DNA from: Octopus vulgaris
Lineage: Eukaryota
Assembly (NCBI GenBank): GCA_951406725.2
Contig: OX597817.1
Coordinates: forward strand, 65,100,001 to 65,164,000
Direction of reading: 5' to 3'
DNA length: 64,000 nt
Below the pieces are notes generated by a model that was not told where the DNA came from, did not search any database, and saw only the letters and a list, made by a program, of their open reading frames with translations. Position 1 is the first letter of the stretch. Every line of letters begins with the position of its first letter. The translations under genes and the position numbers were made by a program. This document shows, piece after piece, positions 26,118 through 40,029 of the stretch.

Positions 26118-26120
<3 letters not shown>
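25680..26120 (+). mobile_element. Two copies of a tRNA-like Pol III head (SINE-like), ~315 bp apart
   Basis: gctaattc.cTGGTGTAAAGGTa.cacacttag..gatgtGGGTTCGAGTCCC at ~25681 and ~25995, both followed by cacggtgatcg.cataagct. Confidence 0.6.
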
Positions 26121-26163
<43 letters not shown>

Positions 26164-26180
26164 TATATACATACACACAC

Positions 26181-26224
<44 letters not shown>

Positions 26225-26282
26225 ATCTGTTTATACGTATGTATACTGTTTATAACATAATATAAGCATTATATATATGCAT

Positions 26283-26347
<65 letters not shown>

Positions 26348-26374
26348 CATACATGCATACATATATATATATAC

Positions 26375-26510
<136 letters not shown>

Positions 26511-26542
26511 GCCGAACTATGCCAGGTCATCGTACCGCATAC

Positions 26543-26713
26543 CCTGGCATGATAGACATCATATACCGAGGAACGTCTGGAATTAATACAAAGAAGGTCT
26601 TTTCCATTTCCAAGGTTTTTTTTTATCCGTTTCATGTAATCGTGTAGATCTGCAAAGCTTGAGTGCATAAAAGATAGTCTGTTTCTTTCTGACTTTTTCC
26701 TTCTTTTCTCTCT
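26543..26713 (-). CDS. Putative internal coding exon ([15 protein letters not shown]...[18 protein letters not shown]), 171 nt, phase 0 to 0
   Basis: Acceptor atgttttacag, donor AGG|gtatgc; unique island between microsatellites; 57 open codons. Confidence 0.55.
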
Positions 26714-26909
26714 CTGTAAAACATACACACTCGCACACAAACCCGCACATATATAGACAAACAGATTTCAATGCATTAACTGTAGCATACAATTCTCGGA
26801 ATAATTTTGGTAGGATATATTTGTATGCACTGTGTTGCAGAGAAGGTATATAAATTATATGAAAATGTATATAACACTCTCAAAGAAATATATTTCTGCT
26901 TATATGTAA

Positions 26910-26943
<34 letters not shown>

Positions 26944-26959
26944 GCATATGACTGTGTGC

Positions 26960-27047
<88 letters not shown>

Positions 27048-27049
<2 letters not shown>

Positions 27050-27323
27050 AGGCGCAATGGCCTAGTGGTTTGGGCAGCGGACTCGCGGTTTCGATTCCCA
27101 GACCGGGTGTTGTGAGTGTTTATTGAGCGAAAACACCCAAAGCTCCACGTGGCGATCCCTGCTGTACTCTTTTGCCACAACTTTCTCTCACTCTTTCTTC
27201 TGTTGGCCTGCTCGCTTAGCCAGCGGGATGGCGTCATTTGAAGGTTAAAACAATGCAAAGCGCATTGTGACTAGTGATGTGTAGCAACATCTGATAGCCT
27301 GGTCGGTCACGGTGATCACGGTG

Positions 27324-27324
<1 letters not shown>
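27048..27324 (+). mobile_element. tRNA-derived SINE, family C
   Basis: ggaggcgcaaTGGCCTAGTGG head; homologous to 36474 and 43459-43837. Confidence 0.85.
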
Positions 27325-27377
<53 letters not shown>

Positions 27378-28616
27378 ACGTATACATATATGTGTAAACG
27401 CATATGCATAAATATATTCGTATATTAACCTACGTATACATATATAATAAATACATACATTTAGACATAAGATTTTATATTTTGAGGAGTACCATACATA
27501 GGTATGCATTTATGTATGTATGTATTTATCTATTTATCTATCTATCTATCGATCGATCGATCGATTTATCTATCTGTCTGTGCTCACACACACACACACT
27601 CACGCGCACACGCACTTACAGATGTGCGCACACATACACATACACGCACATAATCCATGAATGGCTAGAGCGTCGCACTTACAATCGCAAGATCGCGGTT
27701 TCGATTCTTAGATAGGTGGTGAATCGTATTCTTATGCAAAACACTTCATTCCATATTCCCCCAATCCACTCAACTGTAAATGGATAAACCTGCAATGGAC
27801 TGATGTTCCGGCGGAGTGGAAGCTTTCGTGGTGACGCATTGTAACCAGCGGTGTGTGACATCTGATAGTATGGTCAATAAAATGATATATATCATTCAAC
27901 TGCAGTAGTAGTTAAATATTATTCTTAAGGCCGCAATTTACTCACAAGCAGCATCTTCAGAGCTTTGAAGAGCTCTTCATTTTTGAAGAGGACTGGTCCC
28001 TAGCTACATTTTGGCATAAAAAATTGAGATTTGATCCAGTAGAAAAAGTTTACATCAAAATTTGTAGCAACGTTATAGGAGAGTAAGTAACGCGACCAAT
28101 CAAGTTTAGATCTAAATAACTTTTTTTCATTTTAAAAGCAAAATATATTTATCTTAGCTTCAATGATAGAAGGAAGCACGAAGAATTTTATAGTTTTGGT
28201 CTCATGCAACAAAAATTTGTATCAAAAAGTTTTGAGGTAAAATATCATGAAAAAAATATAAGTAATGCAAACGCATATACAAATACACCACGTATATAAG
28301 TATCTGTATATATGTGTTTATAAATTTATTATGCATACTTTTGTAAGTGGTGGGAGGGGAATGAATATAACGACAAGCACCCGGATAAATGCACATACAC
28401 GCACACAAACATGCCCATACATATGTATGAGGTGCTTCCGCACAGGCTCCAACCACCAAATTCACTCATAAAACATTGGTCGACGGGGTCCATGGCAGAA
28501 GACACCTGTCCGAGGTGCCGCCCAGTGGGACTGAGACCGAAATAACGTGCTGTCAAAAATGCCCCAAAGGCCTATGGTCGAAATGCCGTAACTACATAAT
28601 ATTCAATCGTAGGAAT

Positions 28617-28800
28617 TCTTCTTCTTCTTCTTCTTCTTCTTCTTCTTCTTCTTCTTCTTCTTCTTCTTCTTCTTCTTCTTCTTCTTCTTCTTCTTCTTCT
28701 TCTTCTTCTTCTTCTTCTTCTTCTTCTTCTTCTTCTTCTTCTTCTTCTTCTTCTTCTTCTTCTTCTTCTTCTTCTTCTTCTTCTTCTTCTTCTTCTTCTT
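28617..28800. repeat. Pure (TTC)n, about 61 units
   Basis: Directly visible. Confidence 0.97.
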
Positions 28801-28997
28801 TAATAAAAACTCTCAGCTTATTTTACTGAGTATGATGGAATGTGCCAGTTGTCCACAGCCAGCAGACTAAGCTGACGCTTGTTTACTGGTCATGTTTCAA
28901 GAACCCTGCGAAGAATTCTGGCAGTTCCAAGCAATGCTGATTTTTGTAAGTGTTTTATCTTTACATTTGTATCTATACTTTTGAGCCATGTTGGTAG
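28801..28997 (-). mobile_element. Short 3' fragment of a Dong/R4-type LINE
   Basis: WLKSIDTNVKIKHLQKSALLGTARILRRVLET*, the typical C-terminus after the restriction-like endonuclease domain. Confidence 0.8.
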
Positions 28998-29017
28998 TTA
29001 TTATTATTATTATTATG

Positions 29018-29104
<87 letters not shown>

Positions 29105-29106
<2 letters not shown>

Positions 29107-30831
29107 TATACACAACAGATTAGACTGTTGGAAAAAGAAAAAAATTCTTAACATCGGGCTACAACAAGTAACCTTAGATACCAAAAACCCTCCTAAGTAT
29201 CCTAGCTGTCCCTAATAACACTGTTTACTGGAGCTGTATTAAACTGGGTTTTATGCCTATTTCCTATATCCATCTGTTAAAATACATTTTACCCGCACTT
29301 TCTATAATATCTGAAATTCAGTGGCTAGGGCCTGGTACTTTGCTATTTTTTCTATACCGCTCATATTGATTTTTTCCTCATTTGGGACTCTAAAGTAAAT
29401 TACTTGGGACTTTCTATTCTCTTCATTTACTACTACTAAATTAGGCCGTCTAGCTCCTATTGCTATGTTAGAATGTCAAAGTTCCACAACACCCTATATT
29501 TCTTACTCTCTAGTACTTTACTAGGTTCATGTCCATGCCACTTGTCAGTATAGTCAAATCCTAGCTTTCTACATAACTCTCAGTGGATTACTCTGCCTAG
29601 ATTGTCATGCCTTTTCTTGTATTCTTTCTGTGCCAGCATGCTACATTCACTTACTATATGAGTAACTATTTCCTCTTTTGATTTGTATAACCTACATTGG
29701 GAATTTACTTCGTTTTTGTTTATTTTGGCTTTTATCCAGTTAGTCCTTAAGGTTTGATCTTGTGCTGCTACTAACAAACTTTCTGTCTCCCTTTTCAGCT
29801 TTCTTTTCTGCAACCATAACCATGTCTACTGTTTGCTGCAACGATCTTTGGGAATCTACCATTCAAAGCCTTCTCCTGCCTGTCAGATAGCTTTTGTTCT
29901 TTTTCTGGTTTTTAACTTAGTTTTCTTTTTGGTTTCCCTATATCTTGCTGAGACTCTAGCAGCTTTTATAAACTTTCTTCACAATTTCCTACATAGGAGT
30001 TTATATCTACTGTAGCTAACTCCACGCAGTCTTCTACTGATATTAACCCTCTTTCAACTTCCTTTCTAGGTAAGTATAATCTTGCTACCCCTGCCCTTGG
30101 GTGGAATTCATATTGAATTCCTTCCTAGTTCTTCTGCCTAGCTTTGCTAATTCAGTTTTGTCCAATCTACAAAAGCTGCTGAGTATCGAAGTAATGATAC
30201 TGCCCAAGTATTTACAACCTTCACTAGATTCGGACCATTTAGCTTTGACTTCATTAGATTCCTGACCCTTCTGATGTACTCCTTCTCAATTTTCGTTTTC
30301 ATCTCTATAGTTAGTACTCTGTCAGATTCTGATACTCCTAGATACTTATAACTCTCACCTCCTTTCAATGATTTTAATGTCTGGCCATCTGGTAATTGGA
30401 TGCCTTCGTTGTTAACTACCTGTCTCCTTCTCTTGACTAATAATGCACACTTGTCTATGCCAAATTCCATGCCTATATCTTTGTTGAAGAGTCTTACAGG
30501 TCTGCATTAAGGAATCTATCTCTTTCATTATTACTAAAATGCTTCAAATCATCCATGTAGAGCAAATGGTTAATTTTTCCCTTACTATTTCTGAACTGAT
30601 ATCCTACCTTTGCCTTCCTTAATAGTAAACTGAGGAGGAGCAAACATAAAACAATATTAAAGGGTATAACGAGTCCCCTTAGAAAATTACTCTCTTTATA
30701 TTAACTTTTCTTAAGACTGTGTCACCTGAGTAGAAATCTACTTTTCATTTCTTCATGGTAAAGCTAATTAATTCTCTATGTTGTCTACAATACTTAATAC
30801 ACTTAAACATTCACTTATCCATGAGTGTGGG
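29105..30831 (-). mobile_element. 5'-truncated, degraded Dong/R4-clade non-LTR retrotransposon flanked on both sides by (TAA)n
   Basis: PHSWISECL, GDSL.P, NHLLYMDDLK, MEFGIDKCA, YKYLGV, AAQDQTLRT..CRL..E...HIVSEC..RHD, LLGTARILRRV. (TTA)n at 28998-29104 and 30832-30938. Confidence 0.92.
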
Positions 30832-30938
<107 letters not shown>

Positions 30939-31062
30939 GTTTTTTCCTTCTTTCTTCAAATTTTCTTCCGTTTCTCGCCGAGTGTTTTCCATACACCTAG
31001 GGCAGAGAAGCTTGTATTGTGATGAGCTATGTTGATATTACACCTATTTATATCCGCTATAA

Positions 31063-31446
31063 TCTCTCTCTATATAAACGGCAGTTTGTCTGTGCGTGTT
31101 TCTGTGTGTCTGTTTGCTTGTACCCTCACTCTGACCACAACTTTCAACCGATTCTGATGAAACTTGACACACACATAGCCCAATGTCATAATTCAAAACT
31201 AACGCAGCGAAAATTTTGAAAAGTTCCCCCAGTTCTGAAAAAAATCGATAAATTCGACATGGGGTCGAGAATCAGAAACACAAACCGCAAACTGTCTAGG
31301 GGACGCAACTCCACCTTTTTTAACTAAAAAAAAAATTTACCATCATTTTTTTCCATTTTTTGGCTATTTTTTTGGCTATAACTCTCTAAAAATGCTTTAT
31401 AGTTATTTCCCTTACAAACCTGAGCAACGCCGGGCGATACTGCTAG
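31063..31446 (+). mobile_element. Non-autonomous Helitron
   Basis: A|TC start, CTAG|T end, subterminal hairpin; last ~105 bp nearly identical to 12915-13028. Confidence 0.85.
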
Positions 31447-31491
31447 TACTCTCTAAATTAGGTAAAGTTAAGAATGAAATTCTTAACTTAC

Positions 31492-31557
31492 GTTTATTGA
31501 ATATATGGCAATGTCTTTAATAAAGGGACATTTTCCTTTATAACTGGCAAAAATAAC
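31492..31557 (-). CDS. Putative coding exon (VIFASYKGKCPFIKDIAIYSIN), 66 nt, phase 0 to 0
   Basis: Consensus donor gtaagt; weaker acceptor tttctgaaag; frame compatible with 26713. Confidence 0.4.
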
Positions 31558-31865
31558 CTTTCAGAAATTTCGCAAGTTGACCAAGATTGATGAAACCAGA
31601 TTACGTCATGAAGCGTGAGTTTAGCTCGCTTTTGGATTTGCGATATTTAAATTTATATGTATTATCTAGATTTTCAGTACTGCTATGTTTGCTCGTAATA
31701 CTGTTAATTTCGTTATAACAGCCAGTGCTATTATTACGCTTCATATAAATAACAACAGTGTTGGCAAATCCATCGCTACAATCGCTATTGTCGTTAATAT
31801 TCAACACAATTCTGTCACTATTACGAATATCAATCACATAACTACTGGTACAGTTACTAACTTAC

Positions 31866-31928
31866 ATTTTCCCTTTCATCAATAACGTCTTCATAATTAT
31901 GCTTATTATTATTAATGCACAATTTACT
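31866..31928 (-). CDS. Putative coding exon (SKLCINNNKHNYEDVIDEREN), 63 nt, phase 0 to 0
   Basis: Acceptor ctcgtacag, consensus donor gtaagt, open frame. Confidence 0.4.
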
Positions 31929-31938
31929 CTGTACGAGT

Positions 31939-31984
<46 letters not shown>

Positions 31985-31988
<4 letters not shown>

Positions 31989-32070
31989 CGTCGAATATTC
32001 CAGTTGATCTGATCAACGGAACAATCTATTTGTAAAATTAAAGTGCAAGTGATTGAGCACTCCACACACA

Positions 32071-32149
<79 letters not shown>

Positions 32150-32355
32150 TTAATGTAGTTCTCAGGAAGATTAAGCGTGACAGACTGTGACAAGATCCTT
32201 TGAAATACTCAAGTACTGCTTATTTTTGCCAACTGAGTGGACTGGAGCAACGTGAAATAAAGTGCCTTGCTTAAGGAGGCAATATACCAGCGGTAATCGA
32301 ACTCACAACGTTACGATCGTGAGCAGAATAGCCTTACCAATAAGCCACAGACCTT
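31985..32355 (-). mobile_element. tRNA-derived SINE, family D, with internal (CA)n
   Basis: Homologous to 42428-42737 and 42766-43262. Confidence 0.8.
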
Positions 32356-32524
32356 CACAAGATATAAATATATATTTGTTTATATATGCATTCATATCTA
32401 TGAAATTGTATGCATGCATGTTTGTATGCTAGTATGTATGTATGTTTGTATGCTAGTATGTATGTATGTATGTATGTATGTATGTATGTATGTATGTATG
32501 TATGTATGCATGTATGCATGTATG

Positions 32525-32650
<126 letters not shown>

Positions 32651-32751
32651 CAATTCAAAAAAGCAATCAACTAAAGAAAATAAACCAAAAATAAAATTAA
32701 CGGAAAGAGGACTGCACAAGGAATGTATTAGCTTGGTGCTTGGTGAAAAGA

Positions 32752-32792
32752 GAGAGTTCGACGTTTCGAGCATAGCTCTTCATCGGAAAGGA
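32752..32792 (-). ncRNA. Candidate minimal hammerhead motif in a PLE-terminus-like repeat
   Basis: cttt-CCGAUGA-a-gagc-tat-gctc-GAAA-c-GUC-gaac; U4C deviation and weak stem I. Confidence 0.45.
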
Positions 32793-33142
32793 AACAGAGA
32801 AAAGTCCCAAAAAGGAAAAGAAATCGACAATAGCATGTGTGTAGTTACATACACATTTGTATGTGTATGTACTCGACTTGAGCTAAATGACTAATCATTT
32901 TCACATCTGTACTAAAATTACCGAATTAGTTATGACTACTGTATCTGTTTGTGTGTGTGTGTGTATGTGTACGTAGCTATTGTGTTTCGATATTAACTTA
33001 TGCCATAGAATACGAATTGTGCCACATGGTTCCAGGTTCGGTCTCATTGTATGGCACCTTGGAAAGCGTCTTCTACTATAGTCTCTGGCTGACCGAAGCC
33101 TTGTGAATAAATTTGGTAGACAGAAACTGAAAGAAGCCCGTC

Positions 33143-33214
<72 letters not shown>

Positions 33215-33884
33215 AATAATATTTAAATATATGCATATATACATACATATATGTACATACCCACATATATATGTATATATCCATGCATATATGGGTACAG
33301 GACATTAAAAACTCGTTGAATACAATGAGAAACGAAAAAGAAAAACAAAAATATAGAACGAGACATGCAACAAAAAGAGTATTCCCTTTCTTCAGTTGTC
33401 CCTGTTTCATCTCCTCCGCGTCGAAGGGAAGAACAAGACGCAACTTCGTTGAAACAGTCCTTTCCGCAAAGCAAGTTAAATAAAATTTGGGATTTTATGC
33501 AGAGTGTGAAAGTGGTAACAAGAACAGGACAGTGAGAACAAAACAGTAAAAACAAACGGTGAGAACAAAACAGTAAAAACAAACGGTGAGAACAAAACAG
33601 TAAAAACAAACGGTGAGGGCTGTTAAGTCAAGACGATAGAAAAATTATTATGAACGTTAGGAAGACGAGCTTATGAGGAGACAGTATATGCACGTTTTGT
33701 CTTTAGGAAGGTAATGAGTAGAAAAATAGATTCTATTTCGTCACGTGTCAGCGACGAGAGATTTGAAGAGGAGGAGTTAGAGAGAGGAAACGGCGAAGAG
33801 GAGAGGAGAAGAATAGAGAAGGGTGGGAGAGAAAACCAGAAAGGATGAAGAACAAGAGAGGGAATAATTTTTCTATCGCTCATC

Positions 33885-34287
33885 TTTGGTGTTACAAAGG
33901 CAGCACTATCTCCTCCAGGCACTTGATGTAGGCCATCGTCTTTAGTCTGAGGCCGTGTGAGAAGATGAATGGAGGCAAACGTCACCATCAATACTGATCA
34001 CTCAAAACACCATGAATTTGACCGGATGCTTGATTTTTATCACTCTCAGTATATGTCCTCAGATTGACACACAAACACTCTGAAATGTTCGTATTAGATC
34101 TTCCGGCTCGAATGCCAAGCAGTACAGCATGTCGTTCCCAAATTTCTGGCAGAGTGAATTGCGTCATGTTGCTGTTTTTCTCACAGACGGTGCCCAACTG
34201 ATCCTTCTATACTGTGTAGTCGACAAATAATGCGCATGCACGAAATTAAAAATGTTTAAATGACGACAATTTACCCATCGCACCCTG
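33885..34287 (-). mobile_element. Internally deleted Tc1/mariner-superfamily transposon (DD37D/maT-like)
   Basis: Terminus CAGGGTGCGATGGGTAAATTGTCG; N-terminal HTH RHAVLLGIRAGRSNTNISECL.VNLRT; frameshifted remnant resembling MVFGV...DG.V.PPFIF..GL. Confidence 0.7.
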
Positions 34288-34324
34288 CATATATTACAGG
34301 CTACTTTCAGTGTCTAATTCTTAA

Positions 34325-34700
34325 TTTGTCCACAAGGAGCTAAACATAGAGGGGGAAAACAAGGACAGACAAAGAGATTAAGTCGATTGCATCGACCCCA
34401 GTGTGTAAATGGTACTTAATTTATCAACCCCGAAAGGATGAAAGGCAAAGTCGACCCCGGCGGATTTTGAACTCAGAACGTAGCGGTAGACGAGATACCG
34501 CTAAGCATTTCGACCGACGTGCTAATATTTCTGCCAGCTCGCCACGTTTTAGTTTCTGCCTACCAAATCCACTTACAAAGCTTTGGTCGGCTCGAGGTTA
34601 TAGTAGAGGACACTTGCCAAGGGTGCAACGCAGTGGGACTGAATCCGGGACCGTGCAGTTCGGAAGCAATTTTCTTACCACAATAGTCACGCCTGCGCCA
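34325..34700 (-). mobile_element. Family B SINE (tail plus full head) nested against a family A SINE head
   Basis: 34325-34545 matches family B; 34546-34700 matches the family A head. Confidence 0.85.
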
Positions 34701-34769
34701 TAAAAATAGGTGATGGCTGTATGTATATATTTCAAGAGTTCTTGCTCCTTCTTCAGTACGACATCCAAC

Positions 34770-34825
<56 letters not shown>

Positions 34826-35201
34826 TCCCGCCCCCAAACACACATTACTACAATTTGTATGGCCACTTATGCTATCATCATCGTTATCTTTGACAGCAAT
34901 AGCAACATAACAAGAACAAGAACAACAACTACGATATCACCTCCACTTTCAACAACACCGATAATATTAACAACCAAAAACTGGAAAGAGCAAAAGTAAT
35001 AGCTAGAAGAAGAGTCACAAAATGAATGCCTCTATGTTGTCCCCATATAATCAGAAATAGTAACCCGGTCTCCCTCAAAGTCTATTCGAGAGACAGAATG
35101 AGATGAGAAGGTAGAGAGAGACACAGAGATCGGAGGTGGGGTAAATGAGAGAGCCAGAGAGAAAGAGAGGGAGAGAAAAAGGGGAGAGGAAAGAGAGCGA
35201 G

Positions 35202-35239
<38 letters not shown>

Positions 35240-35402
35240 AGCTTGAAAGAGAGATGAGAAATATAAAGATTGTGCAAAGAAGAAAGAGGAGTGAGGGAGG
35301 GAGATAAATCTAGAGAGAGAAATATGTGTGTATGTGTATGCATATTTATATATATACATATATAGATCTATATACACACACACATATGTATATATATGTA
35401 TG

Positions 35403-35450
<48 letters not shown>

Positions 35451-35577
35451 TGTATCTGTCTATATATGTATGTATGTATGTATGTATGTGTGTATGTATG
35501 TATGTATGTATCTATGTATCTATTTATCTATCTATCTATCTATATACATACATACAGAGAGGAAAAGAGAGAGAGAG

Positions 35578-35625
<48 letters not shown>

Positions 35626-36281
35626 TATGCATGACGTGAGTAAGACTTTAATTACAACTTTCATAACTGAAATCCCGAATTTTGATGTCAATCTTCTCTC
35701 CTTATAGTCAGGATTAATTATACTAACGCATGGTTCATTGATACACATTAACCTTATAATGGTGTTGACCGCAACCACCACCACCACCACCACCACAAAT
35801 AAACGAACTGACGATTGATATTATACTATGTATTTATACATCCAATCCTAATGTTATACGATCAAATTCAAATCCATTTTATATCAATCTCGTTCTCGTG
35901 TTGTTCATTATAGAAATAATGTTTTCTTATGTTTCGATAACAATCAAAATGAGTCATAACTTCCGGTTGGAACACATCCGGTTTACGAGTAGTACAATGG
36001 ATTCCTCATTGTCTGATGACAATATTTAAATTGATTACCCGGATAGATATTTTTATCGCATTACTCCGTATACGTAACGTTTGTTGTTATTGATATTGAT
36101 TCTCCTACTACTGTGGTTACTGTTGCTGGTGTTGTTAATATCGATTCTGCTACTGTTGTTGTTGCTGTTGTTTGACCAGATACGTAATGGTTATTATAGG
36201 TTCCGAAACCATAAGAAGGAAGGTCTTGTTTTCGAAATTTTGATTCTGAATCCATCTTCGAAGATTTCCGTCTGCCTAGAC

Positions 36282-36968
36282 GAGTAGCTTTCAATCTTTT
36301 TTTTTTGTTTGTTTTACATATGGACTCCTTTAATTCTTATTTTACTTGGGGCTGGGAGCCCTCATTGCCATTCGACGTCTAAACCCCCCTTTTATATATT
36401 TAAGATTAAATATTATTAGGAATTGTAGAAAAGGAAAAGAAGTTTAAATATTTTGTGCATAGTAGAAATATGTGGAGGCGCAATGGCCCAGTGGTTAGGT
36501 AGCGGACTCACGGTCGGATGATCGCGGTTTCAATTCCCAGACCGGGCGTTGTGTGTGTTTATTGAGCGAAAACATCTAAAGCTCCTCGAGGGTTCGGCAG
36601 CGGGTGGTGGCGACTCCTGTTATACTCTTTCGCCCCCAACTTTCCCTCACTCTTTCTTCCTTTTTCTTGAGTAATGCTGCGATGGACTGGCCACAGGAAC
36701 CGGGAAATCGGGCCTATGAGCTTGGCTAGGTTTGAAAAGGGCTCATAAATAAAAATAGAAATCTAACTAGTTTATTGTACATAAATTTTAGCAACAAAAT
36801 CTGACCCCGCCCCATTATGTCGCGGCATACTAGGTGTGCCTGAATATGATATTTTCTCGAATGATTTTTTTTCTTCTATACTTTTAGTTATATTTTTAGT
36901 TCAGGTGTGCCACCGAATTTTGAAAAGAATATAAGTATACCGCAAGTGAAAAAAGGTTGCGGAGTACT
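36282..36968. mobile_element. hAT MITE carrying a nested family C SINE (36474-~36755, + strand)
   Basis: Internal homology to 11773-12075; right end AGGTTGCGGAGTACTG; CTAGAC on both flanks; SINE flanked by TAGAAAT. Confidence 0.7.
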
Positions 36969-39061
36969 GTTCTAGACCGTAGCGAAGAGATGAGGCTCCT
37001 CGTCGGATGTTACTAATGTTGCTACTATAGTAGTTGTTTAGCCCTAGGCCGTCCATGGTCGAGCAGGCATATAATTTAGCAAATTCTAAATATGTTACAA
37101 AAGTTTGTGTTACAACCACGTGACGCGAGCTTCTTCAGCCTCACGGCAAATGACTTAGTAACTTCTGACTGATAAATGTCTTGTGAGTGATTTTGAGATG
37201 GAAACTGTACGAAAGCTCGTCGTATAAACATATATATATATCATGTGTGTTTGTGCGTGAGTGTATGTGCGTATGTGTGCGTGTGTTATGTATGTGTGTG
37301 AATGTGTGTGTGTGAGTGTGTGTGTGTTTGTACATGTTTGTATTTGTATTCGTATTTGTATACCCACCGCTTGACAACCAGTATAGCGTGTTTACTTCCC
37401 TGTAATTTAGCGGATCGGCAGAAAAGAAACCGGCAGAATAAGTATCAGTTTTAAAAATATTTGGTTTGATTTGATGATGGACAAAAACCTTCAAGGCAGT
37501 ACACCAGGTGAAGAAATAATATATTAAACAACCTTATCCGATGTGTCCTTTTTCAAGACGCTACGTTGAAGTTTTAGTATGATTTAATTTTCATTTCTAG
37601 CGAATCGAGTGAACAAATAAACGCCTTCCCCTTATAGCTGTTTTTGTTGTTGTTATTGTAGTTGTGTCTGTCAGTATCGTTGATCTCAGTTTTCTAGAGT
37701 TGTCAATACTTTTAGAACCCTTCACTTAATTACATAACTATGATTACATAAGTTCTAAACTTTATGCCTGAAAGGGGACTTGAACCTTTCAAATGGTCCA
37801 ATAATGTCTTCACTCAGCCATTTCAGACCTCTAAAACAGAAGTTAGACGAAATAATGAATACTGTTCCCTTATTATTTTACTTGTTTCAGTCATTCGACC
37901 ACGGCTATGCTCCAGTAGATTTAAGTGATAAATCAACCCCAGTACATGGGCATACATGCACATGCATGTACACACACATACACATATATATGGTATTGAG
38001 TGGTAAGGAGCTATAGTAGAAGACACTTTCTATACTATTGCTCCCAGGAAAAAAATAGTGGTCTCCAGACTAATCGTTTCATAGCTTGTTGATTACTCTT
38101 CAGAGAAGACGTAATCTGGCTTCCTTTCTCAGTCAAGAGCACAGATCAGCTATCCATAAAGCAGTTACAAACCCTGCAAGGAACGTGGTGGATAACTTAA
38201 TTTTAGATTTGTATCTTTAATAGCTTGTTAATTAAGTAATATCTATTTATACCCTCTACAGTGTGAATCAGAAGAACCAAAACCAATTTAGATATTATAA
38301 GGTTGCACTGTGGATTAAATAAGAATCTAAACACATTTACTCCATACTATTGAAGCGAAGCAAAAACAAGGAGTTAGTCTCATGACGAGCTGTTCCATAG
38401 CTTGTTGGTCACTCCTCAAAGAAGATGTACTCCGGCTTCTTCCCTCTACCAAAAGCATAAATCAGTTACCCACAGAGTAGTCATGCATCAGGCGTGCACC
38501 ATGGCGGGTAACCTAATTTACTATATCGTAATATATTTCAGTCCTTGTGATTCCCGCTGTGTTCTGCAAAATTTTACTAGATTTCTAAAAGGCTTTTCCG
38601 CTTAAACAACTTAGTTTCTTTGCGTCATCTAAAATTTATGAAGTCTTTGGCATAGCTGTGGGTGATTTCCTGGTTCGTAAGCAATTTGTTCTCCCTCCGT
38701 TTCCGAGATCTTTGACACCAAATTTCTGGTCATGAAAACGAAGCGACTCAATCGCTTTTGGCCGTCACCTATTTACCGACACCATTTTTAGCCCACGTCG
38801 TGTCTGTATGGCTTTGTGTGTATTTGCGTTTATGTATATATTATGCTGAATTAACGAAAAGATATGGCCGAAATTGCTTTTTACCCTCTGGCCGATAACC
38901 AACGAGGAATTGGTGACCTTCTGTGTTCTGTTCGTCTATGTATTTAGTATTTGTTCGTTTGTTTATTTACTACACATTTTAACATTTAAAAAAATTATAT
39001 ATATATAGGTATGTAATATTTTCCGTTTGTTGTCTTCTTTTTATTTAATCCTGGAAAAAAA

Positions 39062-39104
<43 letters not shown>

Positions 39105-39133
39105 TACACACACAGCGTGAGAGGAAGAGAACA

Positions 39134-39204
<71 letters not shown>

Positions 39205-39614
39205 TGATGGCTGTAGTAAAACAAGCGATGGAATGCAGTAACACCTTTGAAAGAATTACGCAAATATTTAAAGAGAAAAGATAGACAGAGAGTGAGACAA
39301 ATATATATAAACAAAGAAAGAGAGGGATGCAGATAAGATCAGATTCAAGTTGGAGGATATTGTTCTGTTGTGTTTAGTTTGAGCTTCCATACTACTATCT
39401 TATATCTAAGTAGGCACTGGGTCACTTCATATATTTCACCTTTCAGCGAACATATATAAACACACATACACACTAATGTACATTGACATATGCATACACA
39501 CACGCAAAAGAACATAGACACACACACACACGTCCTCAGATGCACTCTTACACATGCGCACCAACAAATGTGCTTTTATATAGTCATGTTGTATGTATGT
39601 ATATATATATATAT

Positions 39615-39653
<39 letters not shown>

Positions 39654-39728
39654 AATATATATACATGTATATGTCTATGTGTATGCATGTACATATATAT
39701 ATACACACATACATATATCCGTGACGCA

Positions 39729-39767
<39 letters not shown>

Positions 39768-40029
39768 TCACACAGAGACATATAAACAGATATACACACC
39801 TATGTGTGTATGAGTGTGAACGTGTTGAGCGTGTGAATGGGAGAAAGAGACAGAGAGAGAGAGAGGGGAAAGAAAGAAAGAGAGGGAAAGCGAGAAAGAG
39901 AGAATGTGTGTGTCAAGTGCGCGTGCGCATGCGTGTCAATGGGAAGAATTGTTACTCGCGTCAACACGCAACTTCTAACAAGAAAGTCTTAAGGCTTCAA
40001 CCTAATACAAAAGTGTGCGGCAATAGTGA

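Noticed and set aside
33532-33617. Three perfect 27-bp direct repeats as regulatory iterons
   Set aside because: They lie inside a dispersed repeat remnant; simple local tandem duplication is sufficient.
36170-36280. Complex-looking open segment (GRRKSSKMDSESKFRKQDLPSYGFG) as an exon
   Set aside because: The acceptor coincides with a MITE junction and lacks a pyrimidine tract; the donor is weak.
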